Of a DNA stretch of 35,519 bases, positions 25,649-33,355 are shown in pieces. A program made the translations under genes and the position numbers. Below the pieces are notes generated by a model. The model did no database searches. It saw only the letters and a list, made by a program, of their open reading frames with translations, and had not been told where the DNA came from. This DNA is from a virus. Lineage: Duplodnaviria > Caudoviricetes. The stretch is taken from positions 1-35,519 of IMG/VR virus record IMGVR_UViG_3300033412_000040; one strand, given 5' to 3'. Within the stretch, counting starts at the first letter, position 1. Every line of letters begins with the position of its first letter.

Positions 25649-25931
25649 CGGAAAGCTCTTTCAGCGTGCTCTTGATGGCATCCTTGCCACCCTGCGCCGC
25701 GACGACGTGGATTTGAAACTGCTCGGCCAACTCGCGGCGGCGCCGATCCGAGGCGATCGTCACGAACGCCGCGATCATCCGCGGCGTGTAGCCCATGACG
25801 TGATCCGGCGGGTGCCCGGCGGCGATCAGGAACTCGGCGGCGGCGGCGAACTCGTATCCGCTGCCCTGCCATTGGGGCGCACGCTTGCGGCGCTGTTGCC
25901 GAGGAGCGCGCCCAGCCGATCGAAAAAAGGG
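25638..25931 (-). CDS. Tail assembly chaperone, -1 frameshift extension (gpGT-like)
   Basis: The -1 frame is open from the slippery site to TAA 25638 (EFLIAAGHPPDHVMGYTPRMI...). Confidence 0.7.
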   Translation of the reverse strand, partial: PFFRSAGRAPRQQRRKRAPQWQGSGYEFAAAAEFLIAAGHPPDHVMGYTPRMIAAFVTIASDRRRRELAEQFQIHVVAAQGGKDAIKSTLKELSDAG

Positions 25932-26245
25932 GCGGGCATCGTCAACTCCTGGATAGCCAGGAGACACGCCGCCGCGTCGTCGGGGCTGAATGCCTCGGCG
26001 ATCCGCTCGGCCGCCTCGGGTTGCCCGGCGGCCTCGGCGATGATCGCGGCGATCGCGTCCGGCGCCTCGGTCAGCAGTACCGCGACGTCGATCGCGGGCG
26101 CATTGGCCGCGAAGAACTTGCGCACCTCGGGAAAGCGCAGAAACAAATCCGCGATGTGCCGCAGTCCCAACCCGCGAAACGTCACCGTGCCATGCGCGGT
26201 TTCGACCTCTTGCGTCCGCGGCACGATATCGACGAGCGAGACCAT
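25826..26245 (-). CDS. Tail assembly chaperone (gpG-like)
   Basis: Between the tail tube and tape measure genes; slippery C CCT TTT TTC at 25931-25922. Confidence 0.8.
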   Translation of the reverse strand: MVSLVDIVPRTQEVETAHGTVTFRGLGLRHIADLFLRFPEVRKFFAANAPAIDVAVLLTEAPDAIAAIIAEAAGQPEAAERIAEAFSPDDAAACLLAIQELTMPAPFFDRLGALLGNSAASVRPNGRAADTSSPPPPSS

Positions 26246-26246
26246 T

Positions 26247-26759
26247 TCAGGGCACCACGACCGGCGCCACGTCGAGGAAATACATCTGCAGGTTGACGGC
26301 TGTCCACTCGTCGAGCTGGAGCCGGACGGTCGCGCTCTGCTGCACGATAGGAGAATAATCCATCGACCGGATTCCGTTCATGTGCTGGAAATGGTCGAGC
26401 CGCTCGACGGTCTGCTCGAACTCGAACTGGTTGCAGTTCCCGAGTTCGATAAATGTCGTCTCGCCGGCCGCCTGCCATGAGACTATGCCGGTCCCGACGT
26501 AGTAGCCCAGGACGTTCGGCGAGACCAGAGCGTCGTCCGGATGGGTAACGGTGCCGAAACTCCCGTCGACCAGCAACGCCCGCCCTTCGAGTTCGATGAG
26601 ACCGTATTCGTCCCCTATCAAATTGATTGCCGCGGCGGGACCGAATTGGACCTGGGTCAGGATCATTTCGATTTTCGGTCCGATATCGGTTTGCCCGACA
26701 AATTTAAGCGATCCTTCGATCTCCGGGTTTGCGCCGATACTGATCGTCGCTGTCGCCAT
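26247..26759 (-). CDS. Major tail tube protein (apparently circularly permuted)
   Basis: Position before the chaperone. Carries SPN...YY.G.GIV, LGN...FEF, E.LDHF, LDEW...NL and GSLKFVG..DIG, I.DE.G.IELEG, DGSFG. Confidence 0.8.
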   Translation of the reverse strand: MATATISIGANPEIEGSLKFVGQTDIGPKIEMILTQVQFGPAAAINLIGDEYGLIELEGRALLVDGSFGTVTHPDDALVSPNVLGYYVGTGIVSWQAAGETTFIELGNCNQFEFEQTVERLDHFQHMNGIRSMDYSPIVQQSATVRLQLDEWTAVNLQMYFLDVAPVVVP

Positions 26760-26768
26760 GACGGACTC

Positions 26769-27416
26769 CTAGCCAGGAACGTTGTCGATGTGTTGTGCGG
26801 CGGCAATCTTGATCGGGATCACCGCCATTGCGGTCTGCGCCGAATGCCCCGGATCTTTTTGCAGTTCGCCTTCGATGCGGCAGTAATGCACGCCGGTGAG
26901 GCCGAGGTTCTGGCGCAGGCCGCCCGGCAGCGGATAAAGCGCCCGCTCGACGGCATCGATCAGGACATTGAGCATTGCCGCCGGCACGGCGTTTTGATCC
27001 GCCCCGACGCGCGTAAAGATCCACGCCTCGCAGTTCAGCTCGACCAGGACTCCGCGCGTCGCTTCGCGGTAACCGTGGACCTCGTTCAACTCGACCAGGA
27101 AGAGCGCCGGCATATCCTGTTCGGCGTTCGGATCGCGCAGCCGCCGCTCGATGGTCAGGAACCCCTGCAGCAACGGCGCCGCGGTGCGGTCGGCGATCGC
27201 CGGCAGCGACAGCGTCACTTCGGGTGTAATCGTGGCGATGGTTGCACCGTCGGAAATACCCTCGCCCGCCACCGGCATCCCGATCATCAGGCCGGCGGTG
27301 TCGCTGACGTTGGTCAGCGTGGCCGACCCTGTCGTCGTGTCGGCGCTGAACGGCGCCACCAATGGCGGCCCGCCGAGTTTGTTCAACAGGGCGCCGACGA
27401 TGGCTTCTCGGTTCAT
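26769..27416 (-). CDS. Tail terminator/completion protein with an inserted beta domain
   Basis: Start ATG 27416 (MNREAIVGALL); RRL...PALF, LN..IDAVE.AL, C.IEG...D.G....A.IPI.I. Confidence 0.65.
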   Translation of the reverse strand: MNREAIVGALLNKLGGPPLVAPFSADTTTGSATLTNVSDTAGLMIGMPVAGEGISDGATIATITPEVTLSLPAIADRTAAPLLQGFLTIERRLRDPNAEQDMPALFLVELNEVHGYREATRGVLVELNCEAWIFTRVGADQNAVPAAMLNVLIDAVERALYPLPGGLRQNLGLTGVHYCRIEGELQKDPGHSAQTAMAVIPIKIAAAQHIDNVPG

Positions 27417-27769
27417 CGCGCGGCGGCGGATTCGACTGCCACGGCAAAGTCCCGTGTTGCCGATTGCGCGACGGGATAACTGCGCGAGCCGGAACGCAGC
27501 TTGAGGAACTGGATGGCTTCGAGCGCGGCGCCGAGCTGCGCCACCACGACAGCCGTCCCCGCCACGACCGGAATAATCAACTCGGTCCCGTCGACGCCGA
27601 ACAAATCGTTGTAGAAAGCGCCGTCGCTCGATATCTGGAAGCTCAGGTTGGCCCCTGTCCACGCCGCCGGCATTGTGATGCGGACCAGCCGGCCGCTGGT
27701 GCAATCGAGCCCCGACGACAGGCTTTGACCGGCCGCGATAGTCGGGCCGTTGAGCACAACCAATGCCAT
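27413..27769 (-). CDS. Virion-associated beta-sandwich protein (118 aa)
   Basis: GPTIAAGQSLS..LD......RI.MP.AWT.A.LSFQ.S.DG; head-tail cluster context. Confidence 0.65.
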   Translation of the reverse strand: MALVVLNGPTIAAGQSLSSGLDCTSGRLVRITMPAAWTGANLSFQISSDGAFYNDLFGVDGTELIIPVVAGTAVVVAQLGAALEAIQFLKLRSGSRSYPVAQSATRDFAVAVESAAAR

Positions 27770-27781
27770 GATGTCAGTCCT

Positions 27782-28255
27782 TCAGAGATCCTGCAGCAGC
27801 CGCCGCAACTCGGCCCGCGCCTTTGGCAGCATCGCCGCCGCCGGGCCGCGCAGGAAACGCATCTCGGTAATGCCGCCGACCCGCTGGTAACCGCCCACCC
27901 GCGCGCCGCGCCTGGAGTAACCCCTGACCGCAAACTTCTTGCCGGTGCTGCCGTACTCGAGCGCACCGGCCGCCGCCGCGGTATTGTGCCGCCGGCTCCG
28001 CAGCACCCGCACCCGCCCGCGCACAAAGTTTTTGATCCGGTTGTCGTCGACATAGGCTTGTGTCAACCGCCGCAACCGTCCCGTCCGCACCGGCTCGCGC
28101 GCCTCGACCTTGTGCAGGAGTTCGTTGGTCAACCGCCCGATCGTCGAGGCGAGCCGCCGGCGCAGCTTGTCCGGCAGTGTGTCGAGCCGCACCCGCAGCC
28201 GGGTGTCGTTCAAATCCAGCTTGGCGTCGATCAGGATGCCGCGCGCCGTGTTCAT
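27782..28255 (-). CDS. HK97 gp10-like tail-completion/neck protein
   Basis: Basic protein with PVRTGRLR, ALEYG and RFLRG motifs. Confidence 0.7.
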   Translation of the reverse strand: MNTARGILIDAKLDLNDTRLRVRLDTLPDKLRRRLASTIGRLTNELLHKVEAREPVRTGRLRRLTQAYVDDNRIKNFVRGRVRVLRSRRHNTAAAAGALEYGSTGKKFAVRGYSRRGARVGGYQRVGGITEMRFLRGPAAAMLPKARAELRRLLQDL

Positions 28256-28878
28256 CCGACCATGCCGCGCCTGTACGGGTTCAACAGGCTGGCAATGTCC
28301 TGCGGCAGCAACGAGCCGCCCGGCACGCCGCCCACCCAGTACTCTTGCCGTCCGAGGCCCGGCGACTCGGTGGCGCGCAGCATCGGGTCGCGCCCGCGCC
28401 CCGAGGACTCCATCGTGCAGAGGTCGAGCACCGCCTGTTGCACATCGGCCGGGATCTCGGCGAACCCGGCGTCATAGAGCACGGACAGACCGCCGCCCCC
28501 GACGACCCACGCCTTCGGCTCCGTGATGCGCCACAGATGGCCCGCGAGCGGCTCCAGCGCATAATCGCCCGCGGCCAGGCCCGCGCCGTCGAGCGTCACC
28601 TCCAGGCTCGCCGGGTCGACCGGCGCCTGGCTGAGCATCAGCGGCTCGCCGGTCATGCCGGTGACGCCGGAGAGGAACGTGTCGAGATAGCTCTGCAGCG
28701 AAAAGATACGGTTGCAGTAGCGTTCCGCCGCCAGGCTCGCCCGCGCAATGACCTTGGTGAGCCAGGCGTCGTTGGCGACGTCGCCCGGCCGCACCCGGAG
28801 CTGCTCGCGCAGATCGTCGAGGCTTACCAGGTTGCGCTCGAGCGCCGGCGTCACGATCGTGGTGTAGAGCGGTCTCAC
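28252..28878 (-). CDS. Head-tail connector (gp6-like)
   Basis: GTG 28878 (GTGA overlap); LVSLDDLREQL, I..AS...ERYCNR, Y.AGF..IPADVQQAV, LL.PYR. Confidence 0.8.
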   Translation of the reverse strand: MRPLYTTIVTPALERNLVSLDDLREQLRVRPGDVANDAWLTKVIARASLAAERYCNRIFSLQSYLDTFLSGVTGMTGEPLMLSQAPVDPASLEVTLDGAGLAAGDYALEPLAGHLWRITEPKAWVVGGGGLSVLYDAGFAEIPADVQQAVLDLCTMESSGRGRDPMLRATESPGLGRQEYWVGGVPGGSLLPQDIASLLNPYRRGMVG

Positions 28879-29504
28879 TTGGCCGCCTCGGTGTGGTATT
28901 GCGCGAACAGCACGCCGAGGTCGAGCGCCGGGCCGACACTGCCGTCGCTCATCACCGGCACGGCGCGGAAGTCCCGCACCCGCCACTCCGCGATGCTCGC
29001 CGCCGGCATGCCGCGCTCCCCGCGCGGGCCTGCTTCGCCCCGCTTGCCGCGCTCGCCTGCCTTGGCCGCCAATGCCCACCCGTCGCCCGGCAGCGGCCCC
29101 GGCGCATCGTACTTCGCGCGCCACTCGGCGCCGTGCAGGCTGACGAGGTCGTACTTGCAGTATTGGCGCTCCGGATCGAACAGGCCGCAGACCTCGCCGA
29201 CATAGGGCACCTCTCCCGGCGGGCCTGGCACTGCGGAGTCTGCTCCCGGCGGCCCCACGATGCTCTCGCCCGGCGGGCCTGGCGGCCCAATGACGCTTTC
29301 TCCCGGCGGCCCCGGCTCGCCGTCCTTCAATGACGCCAGCCGCTCGGCAACCGCACGCTCGACGCGCAGCTCGAACTCGGCCTGCCCCGCGCGGAGCCGC
29401 TCGGCCTCCAGCGCAAAGCGCAGCATCAGGTCGCGCTCGATGCGGGCGGCAATGGCGCCAAGCTCACCGCCGAGCGAGGCGGCGAGTTCGTCAAGCGCCG
29501 GCAT
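28875..29504 (-). CDS. Collagen-like (Gly-X-Y) protein following the portal
   Basis: DGEPGPPGES..GPPGPPG, YD.VS..G..W.A....PG..PGDGW.L, GERGKRGEAGPRGERG. Confidence 0.7.
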   Translation of the reverse strand: MPALDELAASLGGELGAIAARIERDLMLRFALEAERLRAGQAEFELRVERAVAERLASLKDGEPGPPGESVIGPPGPPGESIVGPPGADSAVPGPPGEVPYVGEVCGLFDPERQYCKYDLVSLHGAEWRAKYDAPGPLPGDGWALAAKAGERGKRGEAGPRGERGMPAASIAEWRVRDFRAVPVMSDGSVGPALDLGVLFAQYHTEAAK

Positions 29505-30873
29505 AGCTCTTCCGCATCGCGGCCACTCCGGCGTTCTTGGCCGCCTCGGTGTCCTGCGGCTCGTTCGTGTTGGCGGCCGGCGCGTCCGGCCCCGGCGGTG
29601 CGGCCGGCGCGTCGGGGCGCGGCGAACTGGGAGGCGGCTGCGACCAGGCTACCAGCGGAATCACCTGCTGCTGGACCCGAGGCGAATCACCGTCCTCGAC
29701 CGCCGGCAGGTCCTCCAGCGCCCGCGCCTCGTTCGGGCTGTAAATCCCGCCTTGCACCGCCTGCGCCAGCGCCGCGACGCGGTCTTTTTGGTTCGAGCGC
29801 AGCAAGACTGCGGTGTCGAACTCGAGATACTCGCTCGGGTATCCCGCCAGGCCGAAGAACCTGCCGATGGCGTCCTCGACGTGGTTAAGACTGAACCCCA
29901 AGGCACCGCTCACCCAGAAGCGCATTTGGTCTTCACCGCCCGCCTGCATCTGCGCGCCCCACAGGGACAGGAGCGGCAGCGGAATGCGGTATGCCGTGGC
30001 GATGCGCCCGTCGGCGATCTGCAGGAGTTCGGCGAGCTGGGCGTCCCTCGACGTGGACGACACCTGCTGCCACTTCAGACCTGAGGACAGGATCGGCGTG
30101 CCGCCGGCATTGGCGCCGGTCGTCCGGTCGAGCCACGCCTGGCGGATCTCCGCCGTCTGCCAAGTTTCGAGCTGCTGGTCGGTCGTCAGGACACCGCTCG
30201 GCTTGGCAGCGTTCTGCGCGAAGTCGAGCGCCTGGCGCACCATGCTATTGCTCGCCGCGATGTCGAGCATCGCGTTGGTCAAGGGCGGCACGCCTTTGAG
30301 CGGATCGCCGTCGCGCGCATCGAGCTTGACGTGGAGCACGTCGCGCGCCGGCACGGCCTTGGCCGCTTCTTTCGTCAAGAGACGCTCGACCACCGGGTTG
30401 CCGGCGATCGAATAGAAGATTTCCCCATTGCTCGCGACCCAGGCGCCGCAAGAGGGGCTGCTCATCAGGTGTAGTGCGTCCACTTCATAGCGATTGTTCC
30501 GCGTCGCGTAGGCATACGCATTGCCGTCGCTGTAGAGCGCGCCAACCAAATTGAGGACGAAGTCCGACCCGCTCTGATAGACGTTGGGCTTCACCATCAC
30601 GCGCGACAGCGCCGAGGTGGTGACACGCTCGCGCCCGCCATCGCCGGTCGAGCGCCAGTGGGCCGGCGGGCACATCGCCGCAGTCTGGCTGTAGCAGGCA
30701 ATGCACGAATGCACGATGGCGCCGCCCCCGACGCGGACCGGGTCGTAGCCCAGTTGCCAGAAATTCGCCGGCCATGACGGCGGGATATAACCCCCGGTCG
30801 CCAGCGTGACCGGCGCGGCCTTGGCAACAGGGCGGAAGATGCGCGTTAGCATCCCGCCCCAAGCAGACGCCAT
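29491..30873 (-). CDS. HK97-family portal protein
   Basis: V.SCI, KPN.YQ, GNAY, DVLHVK, G.PP, PSGVL, IL..GLKW, IA.AYRIP, NEARALEDLP. Confidence 0.93.
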   Translation of the reverse strand: MASAWGGMLTRIFRPVAKAAPVTLATGGYIPPSWPANFWQLGYDPVRVGGGAIVHSCIACYSQTAAMCPPAHWRSTGDGGRERVTTSALSRVMVKPNVYQSGSDFVLNLVGALYSDGNAYAYATRNNRYEVDALHLMSSPSCGAWVASNGEIFYSIAGNPVVERLLTKEAAKAVPARDVLHVKLDARDGDPLKGVPPLTNAMLDIAASNSMVRQALDFAQNAAKPSGVLTTDQQLETWQTAEIRQAWLDRTTGANAGGTPILSSGLKWQQVSSTSRDAQLAELLQIADGRIATAYRIPLPLLSLWGAQMQAGGEDQMRFWVSGALGFSLNHVEDAIGRFFGLAGYPSEYLEFDTAVLLRSNQKDRVAALAQAVQGGIYSPNEARALEDLPAVEDGDSPRVQQQVIPLVAWSQPPPSSPRPDAPAAPPGPDAPAANTNEPQDTEAAKNAGVAAMRKSYAGA

Positions 30874-31260
30874 CTAGCGCTTGTCGCTGTCCGGCGGGCG
30901 CGGCACGTTGCGTTCGGCCGGCCGCTGTTCGGGCTGTGGCCGCGGCGGCGGCACTTGCCGCGCCGGCGTTGCCGGAGGCTCTTCCCTGACCGGCTCGACG
31001 CTACCTTCCCCGCTTGTCAGGTACGCCCGCTGCACTTCCAGAGCCGGCATCTTTGGCGACGCCGGGTTGCTGATATCGTCCGGGTGCATCAGCCCCAGCC
31101 GCAACAGGTCGTTTTCCTCCTGCGTCGGGATCGGCCGGCTGTTTTCCGTCACCATCAGAGTCGACGTCGTGAGCGCCGCCCGCCTCTCCTTCTGTTCGTC
31201 GTATTCGGACCTCGCGGCCTGCTGCTGTTCCGTCAGGTTGGTCTGAACCGTTGTTTGCAT
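30874..31260 (-). CDS. Hypothetical head-associated protein (128 aa)
   Basis: AAGGAGGA SD; P.PTQEENDL motif; between capsid and portal. Confidence 0.7.
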   Translation of the reverse strand: MQTTVQTNLTEQQQAARSEYDEQKERRAALTTSTLMVTENSRPIPTQEENDLLRLGLMHPDDISNPASPKMPALEVQRAYLTSGEGSVEPVREEPPATPARQVPPPRPQPEQRPAERNVPRPPDSDKR

Positions 31261-31329
31261 CCACGTCCTCCTTCGTGACGAGGCGCCGGGCGAGGCGTCT
31301 GCCCGGCGTCCGCCATCCGTATCTGCGAA

Positions 31330-33288
31330 TTACCAAGTGACGCCCTGGGTCCAGGCAACTGAGCCTGTCCTTAACATTGCCCAGTTCATCGGGAGCACCA
31401 TGCGAAGCGCCAAACTGTCGGTTTGGAACATAGATCTAGTTGGGGTTGCAGCCACGGCGCTGCCTTGCGCTCCGGTTGTTAATTGCAACGGGGATGTATC
31501 TTCGAAGTGCAGAGTCGCCTGGTCGGATACATCGAATCTTGGCGTGTCGCCTGCGACGACCATCAAATCGTCGGCGTTGATCAGGATCACCATGCCGGCC
31601 GGCACGGTGGATGAGACGACCACCGGATAACCCATCATGCGGTTTCCGTTGATCTCGGCCTGGAAGGGGAAGTCGCCGCCGTTGTTCTGCGTGAGGCTGA
31701 TTGCGATCGCCTGCACCGGATTCATGATCCATACCGGGTTGCGCAGCGCGTTGACTGCCGCCAGCGCCCCGACCAGCGCCTTGATGTCGCCGACCAGTGC
31801 GGTGAACCCGCCGCCGGTCGTTGCGGTGATCGCCGCGACGCCATTCCTGATGCCGGCAGGCCGGATCGCGGATACGGCATTGGCGTCGATAAAAACGCTG
31901 TCAACCGCTACGCCTGTGTCGTCGACGATGAGCCGCCGCAGCAACGCCTCGATCTCCGGCGTCGAGTGCTCGGCTAGCTCCCGCGTGTACGACGTGATGA
32001 CGGCCATTTTCTTGAGGCCGATCGTGACAGTCGTGAACGCCGCCTGGCGCACGGGAATCGGGGCACCCTCGGCCACAAACGAGCCGGCAATGGTAGGCGT
32101 CGTCGCCCGCGTCGGCATGCTGATCTGGCCGTAGCGGCCAAGCGTCACCGAGAACCCGCGGCTGCTGACCGGCTGGTAAATACTGCCGGCCATGATCAGG
32201 TCGACGAAGGCACCCTGCCCGGTCACCGCCAGCTCGGCCGCCCAACCTGCGGTCGTGGTCGTCGCCGGAGCTGTCGCGGCGCGGGTCCGCCACTCGACGA
32301 CGCCGCGCGTCGCCTCGTAGTCACCGTAGCTGCCGTACAGCTCGGCGAGCGCCGCCTCGACCGGCTGCCGCCTGATGTACCCGACAGCCGTGGCCGCAAA
32401 GTGCCGCAACAGGTGCTCCTCGGCGGGCGTCTCCTTGCGCTTCGGTTGCGCCCACGCCTTCGGCGCCGATACTGGCAACGGCTCGCTCGGGGTGTAAATC
32501 GTCGTGCGTTCTTTCGGCACGGTGATTGGCGCGGCCTCGTTGCCGAGCGCCTGCTCGGCCGAGACCCAGGCAAAAATCTTTGCCTTCACCTCGCCGATCT
32601 TCGCCGTCAGGTCGGTGACCCGCGCGACGTCCTCGGCATCCGGCAGGCCCGCAAGCTGCTCCTGCAGCCCGACCACTTCCTTTTGGGCCGCCTCGATACG
32701 CTCACTGTACTGCATTGCTCGATTTCCTGGTTTCCGGTCGTCTCCTGCGGCTAGCTCGCCGGTTGAAGCGCGGATGCGTGGCCGATCCTCATCAAAGGCA
32801 TGCGCGCCGAAGATCAGGCCCTGCGTCTCGCGCGAGAGGCCGAGCGCCTTGGCAACCGCCAGGGCATTCGGGTTTGCGGGAACCGACACCAAGCTGCATT
32901 CGACCAGCTCGGCCTCGGTGAAACGGATGCCGCCGGACTTGCCGCGCGGCTCGAAACTGTCACTGTGGAACCCGACCGACACGGCCCGCAGCACGCCGGC
33001 CTCGACCGCGGCGTGCAGCTCCTTCAGCCGGTACGAAACCGGTTCCATCAGATCGAGCCGGCCGGTCAGCCGCCCCTTCTTCACCGCGACGTCGCGCCAC
33101 GTGCCGATCGGGAAGTCCGGGTTGTGATTGAACAGCGCCACCGGGTTGCGCCGGAAACGGTCCAGCCGCCAGCCCTCCGGCTCGATCATGTCGCCCATGC
33201 GGTCGACGCTGCCGTCGCTCATGACGAACTCGCGCGGGTCGGCGGCCGGAGGCGGCGCCGCAACCTCGCGTTTGCGGATCAGATCCAT
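31330..33288 (-). CDS. Fused HK97 prohead protease (S78) and major capsid protein
   Basis: DRMGD, NPVALFNH, PIG.W, AVSVGF, ECSLVSVPANP, then a coiled-coil delta domain and HK97-fold motifs (FV.EG..IP, P.GI, WIMNP, GYPV). Confidence 0.93.
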   Translation of the reverse strand: MDLIRKREVAAPPPAADPREFVMSDGSVDRMGDMIEPEGWRLDRFRRNPVALFNHNPDFPIGTWRDVAVKKGRLTGRLDLMEPVSYRLKELHAAVEAGVLRAVSVGFHSDSFEPRGKSGGIRFTEAELVECSLVSVPANPNALAVAKALGLSRETQGLIFGAHAFDEDRPRIRASTGELAAGDDRKPGNRAMQYSERIEAAQKEVVGLQEQLAGLPDAEDVARVTDLTAKIGEVKAKIFAWVSAEQALGNEAAPITVPKERTTIYTPSEPLPVSAPKAWAQPKRKETPAEEHLLRHFAATAVGYIRRQPVEAALAELYGSYGDYEATRGVVEWRTRAATAPATTTTAGWAAELAVTGQGAFVDLIMAGSIYQPVSSRGFSVTLGRYGQISMPTRATTPTIAGSFVAEGAPIPVRQAAFTTVTIGLKKMAVITSYTRELAEHSTPEIEALLRRLIVDDTGVAVDSVFIDANAVSAIRPAGIRNGVAAITATTGGGFTALVGDIKALVGALAAVNALRNPVWIMNPVQAIAISLTQNNGGDFPFQAEINGNRMMGYPVVVSSTVPAGMVILINADDLMVVAGDTPRFDVSDQATLHFEDTSPLQLTTGAQGSAVAATPTRSMFQTDSLALRMVLPMNWAMLRTGSVAWTQGVTW

Positions 33289-33303
33289 TGCGTCAGTCCG
33301 AAT

Positions 33304-33327
33304 AAAAAAGGCGCCCGAAGGCGCCTT
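33304..33327 (-). terminator. Intrinsic terminator between terL and the protease/capsid gene
   Basis: Minus strand AAGGCGCC-TTCG-GGCGCCTT followed by TTTTATT. Confidence 0.8.
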
Positions 33328-33355
33328 GGGTGTCGTCGGATGCAGCCGGGCGCCG

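Noticed and set aside
31282-31310. Terminator after the capsid gene
   Set aside because: A GC-rich hairpin is present but has no U tract on the coding strand; it may be only a stabilising stem.
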